A stretch of DNA of 64,000 nt from positions 809,994-873,993 of the forward strand of contig JBFXEV010000001.1 in NCBI GenBank assembly GCA_050179755.1. The letters run 5' to 3'. The stretch's first letter is position 1. The number at the start of each line of letters is the position of its first letter. Below the pieces are notes generated by a model, which saw only the letters and a list, made by a program, of their open reading frames with translations, made no database searches and was not told where the DNA came from. This DNA is from Candidatus Babeliales bacterium (GTDB lineage Bacteria; Babelota; Babeliae; Babelales; JBFXEV01). A program made the position numbers and the translations under genes. Below are positions 1 to 10,411 of the stretch, one piece after another.

Positions 1-592
1 TTGCTTGGCGAGTATCACGGCAACCTTTTATAATTTCTTTTATGGCTCTATGCAAAGTGGCAGCTCCTGCTCCCGCAGCTCCTGCGAGCGTTAAACTCAA
101 TTGTACGGTATCAAGAGTTGTATTAGTTCCAGCATTTTGGGCATAGCGTGCGGCAGTAAGTGCAAAGGCAACTGCTGCACCTAGTGTTGCAAAACTAGGT
201 GCAACGGCAAATTTAAAGCGGGGGAATATTTGTTCTAATTGGCTATGTATTAATTTACTTTGTTCGGAGTTTAAATTAGTGTTGACTAATTCAAGTGCGC
301 TTACTAAGGTAGCGGCATTTGTTGGCTGAGGTGCAGCGGCATCGGCTCTTGTGGCATCATTAACTCTTGGTTGTGCAATAAGTGCACAAATTCTGCTTGC
401 TCCGCCATAACGAATTGCGCTTACTAAATCTATGTCTAATGCAGGGTTGCTTTGTAAGCCAGCTTCAAGATCTAAAATTGCGTGTGGTTGTTTTGCGGCA
501 ACTGGTGCTGGTGCTTGATTTTGCGGGACTAGTTCCATGCTCAATGCAAAAGTGGGTAGTAAAACACCAAGCCCTAGTAATTTTATTTTCAT
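1..592 (-). CDS. Hypothetical secreted/membrane protein, 3' end outside the window (not in ORF track)
   Basis: Hand translation from ATG at 592 (AAGGAG RBS upstream): MKIKLLGLGVLLPTFALS-MELVPQNQ..., open to base 1. Signal-like N-terminus and two later hydrophobic stretches, like the two neighbouring ORFs. Confidence 0.8.
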   Translation of the reverse strand, partial: MKIKLLGLGVLLPTFALSMELVPQNQAPAPVAAKQPHAILDLEAGLQSNPALDIDLVSAIRYGGASRICALIAQPRVNDATRADAAAPQPTNAATLVSALELVNTNLNSEQSKLIHSQLEQIFPRFKFAVAPSFATLGAAVAFALTAARYAQNAGTNTTLDTVQLSLTLAGAAGAGAATLHRAIKEIIKGCRDTRQA

Positions 593-628
593 TGTGAACT
601 CCTTATATTTTTTAAAAATTAATAATTC

Positions 629-1222
629 TTATTCATTATGAGTATCAGATAGTATTGCTGATTGATTGATGGTTCCTTTCTCTTGTAATTGCTTCATGCC
701 TTGCAATAATTGTAGCAAGACATCAAATTCTTCAATTTTGTCTTTGTATTCTTTCATGGTCCAGTGCCTGTAAGCGTTTTTTGCAGCGCTCTCTAATGAT
801 AATACAAAATAGATGCTTGAAAGTGCAATAATTACTTTTTGACCAGAAATAATGCCGTCAGAAAGACCAATGCATAATGTGGCGAGCGGCAAACCTAAAT
901 CAATCGTAACCGCGCGCAATTTGTTCCATATTTTTTTACTTCCGCAGGGAGCATATAAAGATGCAAGTTGATTATCTCTATGTTCTTTTACTTCTTCCAT
1001 GATCCTGTCATTCAAGGGGTACGTAGTGCGCGCCGTTGGTGGATTTTCAAAAAGTTCTTGCAAATGTTCGTGGTTACGAGTTTCTATACAATTGATCACT
1101 GAACGTGTCCACAATTTTACTCCCATGTGTTGCGGCACTGGGAGCGGCCGGACGAGATTTGTAGGCTCCATGCAACGTAATTGCATGCTTATGAACAAGC
1201 TGCATAGTAGTAAGCACTTCAT
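629..1222 (-). CDS. Hypothetical protein, signal peptide plus two hydrophobic segments
   Basis: 197 aa ORF: MKCLLLCSLFISMQLRC-MEP; overlaps the stop of the upstream gene by 4 nt. Confidence 0.75.
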   Translation of the reverse strand: MKCLLLCSLFISMQLRCMEPTNLVRPLPVPQHMGVKLWTRSVINCIETRNHEHLQELFENPPTARTTYPLNDRIMEEVKEHRDNQLASLYAPCGSKKIWNKLRAVTIDLGLPLATLCIGLSDGIISGQKVIIALSSIYFVLSLESAAKNAYRHWTMKEYKDKIEEFDVLLQLLQGMKQLQEKGTINQSAILSDTHNE

Positions 1223-2073
1223 TTTTTTACCTTAAGTGGAATGCCTTCACCAAATTGTTCATCTATGGTTTGATCACTACTATCCTGTGAAGGAACTCGA
1301 GAAATCGTACGTTCTTGTTGGTCATGGTGTTCACTTGCTGCAAGTAATCTTTTCAGGAGTTGCTGATTTTCAAGAACGGTTCTTTCAACGCTTTCTTGCA
1401 TGGTAACAGAATGCTCGGCCAATAGATAATATTCATATTTTGCTTGCTGTGTTTTTAAGATGCGTCGCCGCCAAGCATTAATGAGAGAAAAAGGCAGTTC
1501 TCCCGCAGAAGCAAGGAGTGAGCCGATTGCGGGAGCGGCATTTGCAGCAGCTTCTATATAGTTACCAGGGGTTTGATCAAGTATAATTTTTGCCGCTCTA
1601 ATAATGCCCCAGGTTGCAAATGCACCTTGAGCTACTTTTAACCCTACAATAAGAGTGGGTGCCGTATAACGGTTCCATACATACACCATATTGCAACATT
1701 TACAGCATTTTGCCTCAGGCTCTGATTCATTAGTGAGAATACGCACTTCACGCGCTTTATGTGCTTGAATTTGTTCTAACGCATTTTCATAGAGTTGAAA
1801 ATGAAAGCCACGTTGAGGTTGAGGCTGTTGAGATAACAGAGTAACAAGTCGTTGTGTTTTGCATTCTGCAAGAGCGGTGGAAAGTTCATTTTTCCACGCA
1901 TTGGGTGTAAGTCGTTCGTCTACTATAGATAATGCAAGCGCATCAGAATGCTCGCTACCTGATATATTACGCAAATGAAGCGTACTTGCGGCGTTGTTTG
2001 ATGTAGAGACAGGTTCCATTGCACATAGATTTGAGCAACATATACTTACTAGCATTATTAGTAGAATGTTCAT
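1219..2073 (-). CDS. Hypothetical protein, signal peptide plus two hydrophobic segments
   Basis: 284 aa ORF: MNILLIMLVSICCSNLCA-MEP; same layout as 629..1222; contains CCKCC. Confidence 0.75.
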   Translation of the reverse strand: MNILLIMLVSICCSNLCAMEPVSTSNNAASTLHLRNISGSEHSDALALSIVDERLTPNAWKNELSTALAECKTQRLVTLLSQQPQPQRGFHFQLYENALEQIQAHKAREVRILTNESEPEAKCCKCCNMVYVWNRYTAPTLIVGLKVAQGAFATWGIIRAAKIILDQTPGNYIEAAANAAPAIGSLLASAGELPFSLINAWRRRILKTQQAKYEYYLLAEHSVTMQESVERTVLENQQLLKRLLAASEHHDQQERTISRVPSQDSSDQTIDEQFGEGIPLKVKK

Positions 2074-2154
2074 GGCGTGCCTTTTTTTTAGATTACACTA
2101 CCATGAGAATACCACACTAAAAAATATTTGCGAACATCGTATTATGCTCAAATT

Positions 2155-4785
2155 TTAGAAGTTATGATACATCGTTAAGTGAGCTTCTGAAGCAGGCTCA
2201 TTCTTTTTGCGATCTAACTTAAAGCCCCAGTCAAGCTTTACTGGTGTTGGGCGTAATAAACGTAAACCAAATCCTATTGCATGACGGTACCCAAAATTAT
2301 TATTGCGTAGATTATTCTTTGAAATAAATCGTGCATCTGGCGTATCCCAACCAGCACCACCGTCATAAAAGAATGCACCTTTCATAGAAAGATCGCCTGA
2401 TACTGGGAAAATAAGTTCAGCATTGAGCCAGAGTGCTTTGGTACCACCAATTGATTCGGTGTTAAGCCATGTTGGTCCAATTTGCCCGAACAAGAAACCA
2501 CGAACTGACGCAGGGCCACCAATATGATACAGTTCACGGAATGGAATTTGCGTATCTTTAAAGGTACTTACAATACCTGCGTGCGCATGCAAACAAAATA
2601 CTAAATCATGTTCGCCAATAAGTGGTGTGTACCAGCTTGCATCAGCATCAATTTTCCAATATCCAAGGCGCTGTGGGTCAAACGGGCGTGGTATAATAAC
2701 GCCAGTAGAAGTATCGTTTTCTGTAAGAAAGGTGCGCGTATTTGCAGGAATACCAATTTTAAAGTAGGCATTCCATTGATACCCTCTGCTTGGGTGCATT
2801 GGGTGATTACGCAAATCAATAGAAGCGTGTGCGCCAAACCAAGGGAAAAATCCTGGTAAAAATCGTCTATCAAGTATTTGTTGATATTCAGTGACTAATA
2901 CTTCACCCAAGCCTTCTTTTGGTGCTGGTCTGTTAGTATAATGAATGTCATTCACCCCAAGCTCAAATGCAAACAAGGTATTATTAAGTTTTTTTGAATA
3001 AAAACCAGTATTTAGTGAGCCGCCTGCAAATCGTTCTTTAATTTCACTTCTTGTTTGATCTAAATCCTCATAGTTTGAGAACTTATAAAATGCATCAAAA
3101 GAACCATAGATTGGTTTATCAAATAACCATGGTTCCGTTACGTTTAAGTTAAATGAATATCGATCTTTTGAAAGTTCAACGCCAAAGTCACCTTGTATAC
3201 CTAACCCTAACAAGTTAGTATCACTAATATTACCACCAATGCTAAAAGCAGAGTTAGGGTTAGTGATATCGGTTGGTGAACCACCAAAACCAATTTTAAA
3301 GTTAACCTGGCCAGTTTTTACTTCTTTTAAAATAAGATCTAAGTCAGCAAGATTTTTGCCAATACGATTAATTTTCCAGTTTACGCCATCACGCTGATCA
3401 AAGTAACCAAGATTTTCAACGCGGAGTTTAGACGCATCCAAGTTATTGGTGGTTAATAATTCGCCTTCTTTGAGTAATAGGTTTCTGCGGATAATGCGGT
3501 CACGCGTTTTTGCATTACCAATGATCGTGATACGATTTAAATGAACTTCAGAGCCTAGCTCAGAATAAAAAGTAATGTCTACCGTTTTAGAATCTTCGTC
3601 TGGCTGAATTGATGGTGCAATGTCAGCATAAATATAGCCATATTCACCCCAGAGTAAGCGCAAGTTTTCCATATTCTCGCGAATTTTATCTTTAGAAAAT
3701 AATTGCCCAGGTTTAATGCTAATTTTTTGGAGTATTGTTTCTTCATCAAGAATTTCATTACCAGGAGCGCGAACGGTATTTATGCAATATTGCTCACCTT
3801 CATCTACATAAAAGGTTATGTAAATATCTGGGCAGTCAGGATTAATATCAATTTTTGCATCATAGACGCTTGCGTGTAGAAAACCATTACTTTGGTAAAA
3901 GTTTTCAATAACATATTTATCAGCTTCTATTGCTTCTGGTTGATATGAGCCTGCGCGGTTTAAAAAGCCAAGCACCCAATCTTCTCGCGTGAAGATTAGG
4001 CTACGTAATTTTTTACTGCTAAACGCGTTATTTCCTTTAAAATATACACGCTTAATGAATGATTTTTTTTCTTCATTAATGGTAAATATGATATTTACCG
4101 CACCATTGATGCGTTCAAGATGTGCTTCTACGCCTACCGAGTGATAGTTTTTTTCACTATATAATTGTTTAATGACACTTATATATTTGCCTAAATCTTC
4201 TTGATCCACTACGGCAAGATCATCAAGAGGAATTTTCTTTTCTATGTCCGCTTGAGATAAGTGTTTGTTTCCTCTGAAAATAACATCATTGACCGTATCT
4301 TTTTCATCAACAATGATAATAAGGTTTATGCCATCGGTGCCTACATGCTCTGCTGCAATTTTAATATTTCTAAAGTAGCCAATGCCAAATGGAAGATTCC
4401 CGAGCGAATAAACACTTTGAATGAGTTCTCGTGTGCGGCCTGCTTCAAATAGTTCTCCCACTTGATATGGTACGCGATTGGCAATAGCTTCGGTAGGGAC
4501 TGTTCTGTTACCTTTTATACTAATTTTTTTTATATAGCGCGGTGAACTTATTTGAACTGGTTGAGGTGCAGGCTCTTGTTGCTGATCTTGTTCATCAAAT
4601 TCAGCATCGTCTTCTTCATCAAAGTCCGTATCTTGGTATTGTTCATCTTGTTCTGATAGTGTTTCTTGTGCATCAGTATTCGCTGTTGCTATCTCTTGCG
4701 CAGTGCTTACAACCGGTGTAAAAACAAGCAAAAAGACAAAGATAGCATATATAAAAGAATAGGTAATACCCGGGGTGCGTGGCAT
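2155..4785 (-). CDS. bamA: Outer membrane protein assembly factor BamA (Omp85)
   Basis: Signal peptide, POTRA-like repeats (I.I.GN motifs), barrel motif GGPASVRGF, C-terminal Phe. Confidence 0.95.
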   Translation of the reverse strand: MPRTPGITYSFIYAIFVFLLVFTPVVSTAQEIATANTDAQETLSEQDEQYQDTDFDEEDDAEFDEQDQQQEPAPQPVQISSPRYIKKISIKGNRTVPTEAIANRVPYQVGELFEAGRTRELIQSVYSLGNLPFGIGYFRNIKIAAEHVGTDGINLIIIVDEKDTVNDVIFRGNKHLSQADIEKKIPLDDLAVVDQEDLGKYISVIKQLYSEKNYHSVGVEAHLERINGAVNIIFTINEEKKSFIKRVYFKGNNAFSSKKLRSLIFTREDWVLGFLNRAGSYQPEAIEADKYVIENFYQSNGFLHASVYDAKIDINPDCPDIYITFYVDEGEQYCINTVRAPGNEILDEETILQKISIKPGQLFSKDKIRENMENLRLLWGEYGYIYADIAPSIQPDEDSKTVDITFYSELGSEVHLNRITIIGNAKTRDRIIRRNLLLKEGELLTTNNLDASKLRVENLGYFDQRDGVNWKINRIGKNLADLDLILKEVKTGQVNFKIGFGGSPTDITNPNSAFSIGGNISDTNLLGLGIQGDFGVELSKDRYSFNLNVTEPWLFDKPIYGSFDAFYKFSNYEDLDQTRSEIKERFAGGSLNTGFYSKKLNNTLFAFELGVNDIHYTNRPAPKEGLGEVLVTEYQQILDRRFLPGFFPWFGAHASIDLRNHPMHPSRGYQWNAYFKIGIPANTRTFLTENDTSTGVIIPRPFDPQRLGYWKIDADASWYTPLIGEHDLVFCLHAHAGIVSTFKDTQIPFRELYHIGGPASVRGFLFGQIGPTWLNTESIGGTKALWLNAELIFPVSGDLSMKGAFFYDGGAGWDTPDARFISKNNLRNNNFGYRHAIGFGLRLLRPTPVKLDWGFKLDRKKNEPASEAHLTMYHNF

Positions 4786-4936
4786 AGGTGCTCCTGCAAT
4801 ACGGCAAGTCTTATGTTCTACAAATTAAAAATTAAGGTACTCGCTTTTGTTACTTTTAAGTAACTCGAGTGTACATAATAGATGATACTTGGCCAGGAAA
4901 TGGCTCATTTTTTTTCACTACTAGTGTATAGTATTA

Positions 4937-6322
4937 ATGGTTAATTTCAATGAAAAAGCAAGAATAGGGCGTTCTATGATGATAGTTTTTAATACATTAA
5001 CAGGTAAAAAAGAGCCGTTTGTGCCTCAGCATGAAAAGTCAGTAACGTTATACGTATGCGGTGTAACGCCATATGATCATGCGCATATTGGCCATGGGCG
5101 CTGTTATGTAACATTTGATCTTTTATATCGATTGCTTGAATCGCTCGGTTACGATGTTGTGTATTGCAGAAACTTTACTGATATTGATGATAAGTTGCTT
5201 AACAAAGCGCAGAAATTATTTGGTGATAAAATGCGCTATCTTGAACTTGCAAACGAATATATTGCTTCATATAATCATGATATGGCAGCGCTGAATACAG
5301 TGTTTCCAGCCTTTGAACCACGGGTAACAGAAAATATTCCAGCCATTATTAATTTTATAGAAGAATTGGTAGAAGCGGGCAAAGCGTATGTGGTAGAAGG
5401 TGGTGATGTTTATTTTAATATTCAAACGTTTGGTGAGTATGGTAAACTTTCAAAACAAAAAATTGATCAATTGCGTGCAGGAGAACGTGTGGAGGTTAAT
5501 AAGCTTAAGAAAGATCCTTTAGATTTTGCGTTATGGAAGTCGGAGCCGAAGGGTGAATTTTGGCAAAGTCCGTGGGGGTGGGGCAGACCCGGTTGGCATA
5601 TTGAATGTTCTGTTCTTGCAAAAGAATATCTTGGCACCACGCTTGATATTCATGCTGGCGGTCTTGATCTTGCATTCCCTCATCATGAAAATGAGATTGC
5701 ACAATCTGAAGGTTTACACGGCGTACCATTTGCACGCTATTGGATGCATAATGCGTTTGTGCGGATTGATAAAGAGAAGATGTCTAAATCTTTGGGCAAC
5801 TTTATACAGCTGAGAGCTCTGCTCAAAGACTATGACCCTATGGTAGTGCGCTATTATTATATTCAGCATCACTATCGCGCGCCGCTTGATTTTTCGTATG
5901 AAGAATTAGAGAACGCGCGCAAAGTGTATACCAAGTTGGTTAAAGCGTTTGAGAATGTGCCTATGCTAGGACCAAGTGAAACTACAAAAAAATTGGTTCG
6001 TAGCGAACCAATTATAGAACGCATGTCCGCATTTTTACGAGAAGACCTTAATACGTCTGGCATGTTTGGTGTGCTGCATGAGGAATTAAAAACTATTTTG
6101 GAACAACCAAAAGTAGCAAGTCATGTTAAACATTTTATGCAACACGTGCTTGGTTTGACTATGGAACCAGTAAAAGAGAAAACCGTTGAAATTACACCAG
6201 AAATACAAAAGCTTATTGATGCGCGAGCACAAGCGCGTGCTGATAAAGATTGGGCAACATCAGATAAGTTGCGTGATCAGTTGGCAGCTCTTGGCGTGGA
6301 TGTGCAAGATAAGAAACTGTAA
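4937..6322 (+). CDS. cysS: Cysteine--tRNA ligase (start may be the ATG near 4976)
   Basis: YVCGVTPYDHAHIGH, DFALWK, GRPGWHIECS, FPHHENE and KMSKS motifs. Confidence 0.97.
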   Translation: MVNFNEKARIGRSMMIVFNTLTGKKEPFVPQHEKSVTLYVCGVTPYDHAHIGHGRCYVTFDLLYRLLESLGYDVVYCRNFTDIDDKLLNKAQKLFGDKMRYLELANEYIASYNHDMAALNTVFPAFEPRVTENIPAIINFIEELVEAGKAYVVEGGDVYFNIQTFGEYGKLSKQKIDQLRAGERVEVNKLKKDPLDFALWKSEPKGEFWQSPWGWGRPGWHIECSVLAKEYLGTTLDIHAGGLDLAFPHHENEIAQSEGLHGVPFARYWMHNAFVRIDKEKMSKSLGNFIQLRALLKDYDPMVVRYYYIQHHYRAPLDFSYEELENARKVYTKLVKAFENVPMLGPSETTKKLVRSEPIIERMSAFLREDLNTSGMFGVLHEELKTILEQPKVASHVKHFMQHVLGLTMEPVKEKTVEITPEIQKLIDARAQARADKDWATSDKLRDQLAALGVDVQDKKL

Positions 6323-6328
6323 AAATAG

Positions 6329-6355
6329 TAAAGGGGAGGAGAATCCTCCCCTTTA
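6329..6355. terminator. Bidirectional intrinsic terminator between cysS and trxA
   Basis: TAAAGGGGAGGA-gaa-TCCTCCCCTTTA hairpin between convergent genes. Confidence 0.8.
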
Positions 6356-6359
6356 AATT

Positions 6360-6680
6360 TTAGCTTAAATGCTCAGTCACTTTAGCTTTTAAATCTTCTT
6401 TACTTAAATAACCTGTTTCTTTGCCTTTTACTTTGCCATCTTTCATAAAGACAAATGTGGGTATAGACGTAACGCCAAATTGCACGGCAAGATCGCGTGA
6501 TTCGTCTACATTTATTTTTACAAATTTGTGCGTTGCTGATAGTTCTTTTTCAAGTTCAGCAATAACTGGCTCCATCATTTGGCAGGGCCCGCACCACGTG
6601 GCATACACGTCTACAATCACGGGTTTGCTTGATTTAGTAACTTCTTGATCAAAATTATCTTTAGTAATGGCGAGTGGCAT
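6360..6680 (-). CDS. trxA: Thioredoxin
   Basis: 106 aa, WCGPC active site, SIPT motif. Confidence 0.95.
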   Translation of the reverse strand: MPLAITKDNFDQEVTKSSKPVIVDVYATWCGPCQMMEPVIAELEKELSATHKFVKINVDESRDLAVQFGVTSIPTFVFMKDGKVKGKETGYLSKEDLKAKVTEHLS

Positions 6681-6692
6681 ACTTATTTTCCT

Positions 6693-7340
6693 TTAAATTA
6701 TGTTAGTTCCATAGATCATTGCGTAGACTAAATTTAATAGCGCTAAAATGCCAAAAAGGCAGACCAGTAAGCCGCAAATGGTATTTATGCGCTCTAGCGT
6801 ACGCGCGCTTATTTGTTTATGGATAAAAGACATTATAACGCTTGAAATTGTCCACCATAACATGGCACCCAAAAACACGCTGAATGCAACCAGAAATGCA
6901 GTTTGCGCATGAGCTTCTTCTGGCGATATGCCTATCGCCGTAAAAATACCCGCAAAGGTAAGAATGCTTGCTGGGTTAGAGAGCGTGAGTGCACAAGCAG
7001 ATAAATAAGCTTGTGAGTAATTTTCGCCTTTTTTTAAATCAGATTTAATGTGAGAGGGCGGTGTTGCTAAAATATAAATGCCAATAATAATGAGTACAAT
7101 GCCAGAAATTAATTGAATTAAAAGCGGGTGCGCATCAAGCTGTGAAGTAATAAAAGAAACGCCAAAGGCTGCAATGATGCTAAAAATAAAATCAGCCGTT
7201 GCCGATCCCAAGCCAGAAATAAAGCCAATAAGTGGCCCGCGAGAAAACATGCGCTTGAGGCATAAAATACCAATGGGGGTAATGGGGAGCGAGATAAAAA
7301 AGCCAATTGCAAGGGCTTTGAGCAATAACAAGAGTTCCAT
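6693..7340 (-). CDS. LysE-family translocator
   Basis: 215 aa hydrophobic protein; G...GLGSATAD and LTLSNP motifs. Confidence 0.85.
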   Translation of the reverse strand: MELLLLLKALAIGFFISLPITPIGILCLKRMFSRGPLIGFISGLGSATADFIFSIIAAFGVSFITSQLDAHPLLIQLISGIVLIIIGIYILATPPSHIKSDLKKGENYSQAYLSACALTLSNPASILTFAGIFTAIGISPEEAHAQTAFLVAFSVFLGAMLWWTISSVIMSFIHKQISARTLERINTICGLLVCLFGILALLNLVYAMIYGTNII

Positions 7341-7419
7341 AATACTTTCAATAAATTGTATGTATATAAGGTTACTGCCAATTGCGTGGCTTGTAAAATG
7401 GCAAAGGAATAGTTTTGCC

Positions 7420-8538
7420 TTATGTATGGTCTGTTGCAGCGGGTGATGCTTTTGAGTTAGTCGCTGCAGCTATGTATGGTGATTTTTGGATAACTCGATT
7501 AATGCTTTGTATAATCTCTTGCCTCAATTGTGCTTCGTTGTATTGTGGTAAATATTTTTTTGCTAAAGCTAATTTTTCTTTTACAATCTCAGGAATTAAT
7601 TCAACAGCAATCCTATGGCCTATTTCGGCAGGTAGCGGCAATAAACCTTGTTCTCCCCGTGATTTGCTTGTTAAAGTTATTATTGCAGGGATTACGTGTT
7701 GAACTTCCTGGGGGGTGGCGGATGTAAGGAGTGCTTTTAAACTCATGAGAATGCTGTGCTTAAAGTGTGATTGCACACGCTGTGTATTATATTCATTTAA
7801 AGCTCTATTGAGTGGTGTGCTGCCTGATTTATCAGGGGTATTCATATCTGCACCAGCTTCAATAAGTGTTGCAACTGTTGCGGCACTGTCCTGTAGATAT
7901 AATGCTGCTTTATGTAAAGGCGTTTTTCCGGCATCATTTTTAGCATTTATAGGTAAACCTTTGCCAAGAAGCACTGTAATTGCATTTGGTCGCACATGGT
8001 GAGCTGCAAGATGTAACAATGTATTGCAGTCACGGGTTTTTACATGTACATTTGCACCAGCATCAAGCAGCATATCTAAGATAGTCTCATCACTGGCAAA
8101 TGTATTTAATTCTTTAATTAATGGCGTATGATCAAATCTATCTGTGGCTTCAAGGTCAGCATGTTCATCAATAAGCATTCTGACGGCCAGAGCTTTATCA
8201 GTGATGATTGCACTATGCAGTGCAGTTTTACCGGTACTGCATCTAGCATTTTTATTTGCACCAGCATCAAGCAGTACACGCATTGCCTTAGTAGAGCCAC
8301 GTAAAGCAGCTGCCATGAGCGGAGTTCCGTCCAAAAAACTATAGGCCTCTTTATTAGCTCCTGCATTAAGAAGGCGCTCAACTTCTTGTGCGTCATCTTG
8401 CTTTGCAGCTTTAAATAATTGTTTATCTAGTGGCGTTAGCGCTTGGTGCATGGCATTCGCTGTATTTATAACTTGCAACAAAAAAGCGATTACAAATAGT
8501 GAGAATATATTTTTTAGGGTATACATAAGGACTTTCAT
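7420..8538 (-). CDS. Secreted ankyrin-repeat protein with shared C-terminal domain (start possibly 8526)
   Basis: GTPLMAAA, GKTALHSA and GKTPLHKAA repeats; signal peptide ...NTANA-M; C-terminal PQEVQHVIPA...LPAEIGHRI. Confidence 0.9.
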   Translation of the reverse strand: MKVLMYTLKNIFSLFVIAFLLQVINTANAMHQALTPLDKQLFKAAKQDDAQEVERLLNAGANKEAYSFLDGTPLMAAALRGSTKAMRVLLDAGANKNARCSTGKTALHSAIITDKALAVRMLIDEHADLEATDRFDHTPLIKELNTFASDETILDMLLDAGANVHVKTRDCNTLLHLAAHHVRPNAITVLLGKGLPINAKNDAGKTPLHKAALYLQDSAATVATLIEAGADMNTPDKSGSTPLNRALNEYNTQRVQSHFKHSILMSLKALLTSATPQEVQHVIPAIITLTSKSRGEQGLLPLPAEIGHRIAVELIPEIVKEKLALAKKYLPQYNEAQLRQEIIQSINRVIQKSPYIAAATNSKASPAATDHT

Positions 8539-8654
8539 GAGGTTGCCAAGCTATTATAGGCTGATTTATTTCATTTAGTATACCTTAAAATGGGCCTTCA
8601 ATGCTATAGTACAAGTTTCTGATGAGGGTGCTAGAAAGGCGTGATATTATTCAA

Positions 8655-9395
8655 TTATATCTTTGTAGCAGTTTGCAGCATGCTTGCATGAAGCCATGTT
8701 TTTTTAAGCTCCCAAGATGGGATAAGATAGGCTAAAGGATGCCCTGACATAAAATATGAGCAAAAACCTACAACCTCGCCCAATGAATTAACCGCTGGGC
8801 CACCAAGATGTGTGAAGTTGTCTTCAACTTGAATCCAGCCATCTGGTTCTTTACCTGATACCGTTACTTGGTTAGCAGATATAGTATGTTCCTGCCGAGA
8901 CTTGCTACCGATAATTAATAGTGTATTACCTCTCTGAACTGCTTCGGAATTGCCAAGCGGCAAGGTAGGTAACTTTTTACAACTTTGTATAATTGACTGC
9001 ACATCTACATTTCTTAATTGTAATACTGCTAAGTCGTTGTCAGGAGTTACAAAAGATTGATACGCTTCAAACAATTGCCCACCGCATGCTTTTAAGGTTA
9101 TTTGTATATTTCTTGCTTGATTAACTAAATGAAAATTGGTAAGAATAGCGCCATCTTCGCTTACAATAAAGCCGACTCCATAACGCATATATTCTTTAGG
9201 TTCTTTTTGAGGTTGCAGTATATCTATTTCATGTATTGTAGCGGCAATATGCACGATGGCATTTTCTGAATCATTGCGGATTGCGCTCCAATCAAATTCT
9301 TGTGTAGCAGCTAAAGAATGTGCAAGGGTTAATGAAAAAACTGATAAAATGAATGGTTTAGGCATTATATTTGTTTCTATTTGAAATTTTAACAA
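8655..9395 (-). CDS. Trypsin-like (HtrA-type) peptidase domain protein, probably inactive (start likely 9365)
   Basis: GVGFIVSEDGAILTNFH, DLAVL, LPLGNS and GGPAVNSLGEVVG motifs; THLGGP where GNSGGP is expected; no PDZ domain. Confidence 0.8.
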   Translation of the reverse strand: MLKFQIETNIMPKPFILSVFSLTLAHSLAATQEFDWSAIRNDSENAIVHIAATIHEIDILQPQKEPKEYMRYGVGFIVSEDGAILTNFHLVNQARNIQITLKACGGQLFEAYQSFVTPDNDLAVLQLRNVDVQSIIQSCKKLPTLPLGNSEAVQRGNTLLIIGSKSRQEHTISANQVTVSGKEPDGWIQVEDNFTHLGGPAVNSLGEVVGFCSYFMSGHPLAYLIPSWELKKTWLHASMLQTATKI

Positions 9396-9507
9396 TAATT
9401 AAATATGTTTTTATTATAATTTATTAGATAAAGAAAGCAATTTTGTATTGTTTCCTATACAGGATTATTGCGTTTTTTAAGATAAATGAGTACCTATTAT
9501 TTTACTA

Positions 9508-9536
9508 TTGACCGACGGTCGGTCTAGTGCTATACT
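9508..9536 (+). promoter_or_regulatory. Sigma70 promoter overlapped by a palindromic operator (likely TetR site)
   Basis: TTGACC-17 bp-TATACT; perfect inverted repeat GACCGAC-G-GTCGGTC at 9510-9524. Confidence 0.8.
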
Positions 9537-9573
9537 AGTACTATAATCATGAGTAAACCTTTTATAAGACAGA

Positions 9574-10389
9574 TTGGACCCTATGGAAAGTGTGTATCAT
9601 TACAAACCTATTCAATTTTTTCTAGCCGTGCTATCAATTAGCCTTAGTGCGGGATTTGCAGCAGCTTACGCAAGTTATCAGCAAGGCATGGCGTGGCTGC
9701 AATTGCTTGGTATGCTTATAATGTTGTGTACGCCATGTGGTGTGGCAATATACATGATTTATAGATCAAAAAATGCACATGTACGGCAGGATTTTTGGCG
9801 GCGATTACACATGCCAAAAATAACGGGCATGTCTTTGTTGATACTAGTTGCGCTCATGCCTGTTACGCTGTTTTTGGCAACGTCAATTTCTTTATTGTTT
9901 GGTTATTCAGCTAATCAATTTAATCTTTCACCGGAATTTGCAGGTGGGCCAGGGCAGATTGCAATAAGCTTACTGTTTGTTCTGGTTGTAGCATTGCTTG
10001 AAGAACTTGGTTGGCGCGGATATGGTGTGAATAGCCTCAGGTCACGGTATAATTTATTTACCTCGAGTATGTTATTTGCAGCTTTCTGGGGGTTATGGCA
10101 TGTGCCGCTCTTTTTTATCAAAGATTATTATCAATATAATCTATGGCAAGCGAGTAGTATCTATACGCTGAATTTCTTTGCCAGTTTGGTGCCGGCAACC
10201 ATCTTGATGAATTGGCTCTATTATAAAAATAATCGCAACATCATTATTTGTGTACTTTTTCATGCCATGCTTAATCTTAGTGCGATGCTTTTTCAAACTG
10301 AGCAGTTTACTAAATGCATTATGACTTTTCTCTTAATGCTAGTTTCGGTTGCCCTTGTTAACCGAGATAAAAAATTATTTTTTACTTAA
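9574..10389 (+). CDS. CPBP (CAAX/Abi-type) intramembrane metalloprotease (start may be ATG 9583)
   Basis: EELGWRG, WGLWHVP and HAMLN motifs; multi-TM. Confidence 0.9.
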   Translation: MDPMESVYHYKPIQFFLAVLSISLSAGFAAAYASYQQGMAWLQLLGMLIMLCTPCGVAIYMIYRSKNAHVRQDFWRRLHMPKITGMSLLILVALMPVTLFLATSISLLFGYSANQFNLSPEFAGGPGQIAISLLFVLVVALLEELGWRGYGVNSLRSRYNLFTSSMLFAAFWGLWHVPLFFIKDYYQYNLWQASSIYTLNFFASLVPATILMNWLYYKNNRNIIICVLFHAMLNLSAMLFQTEQFTKCIMTFLLMLVSVALVNRDKKLFFT

Positions 10390-10411
10390 TTATTAATATT
10401 GGAGATCGATT

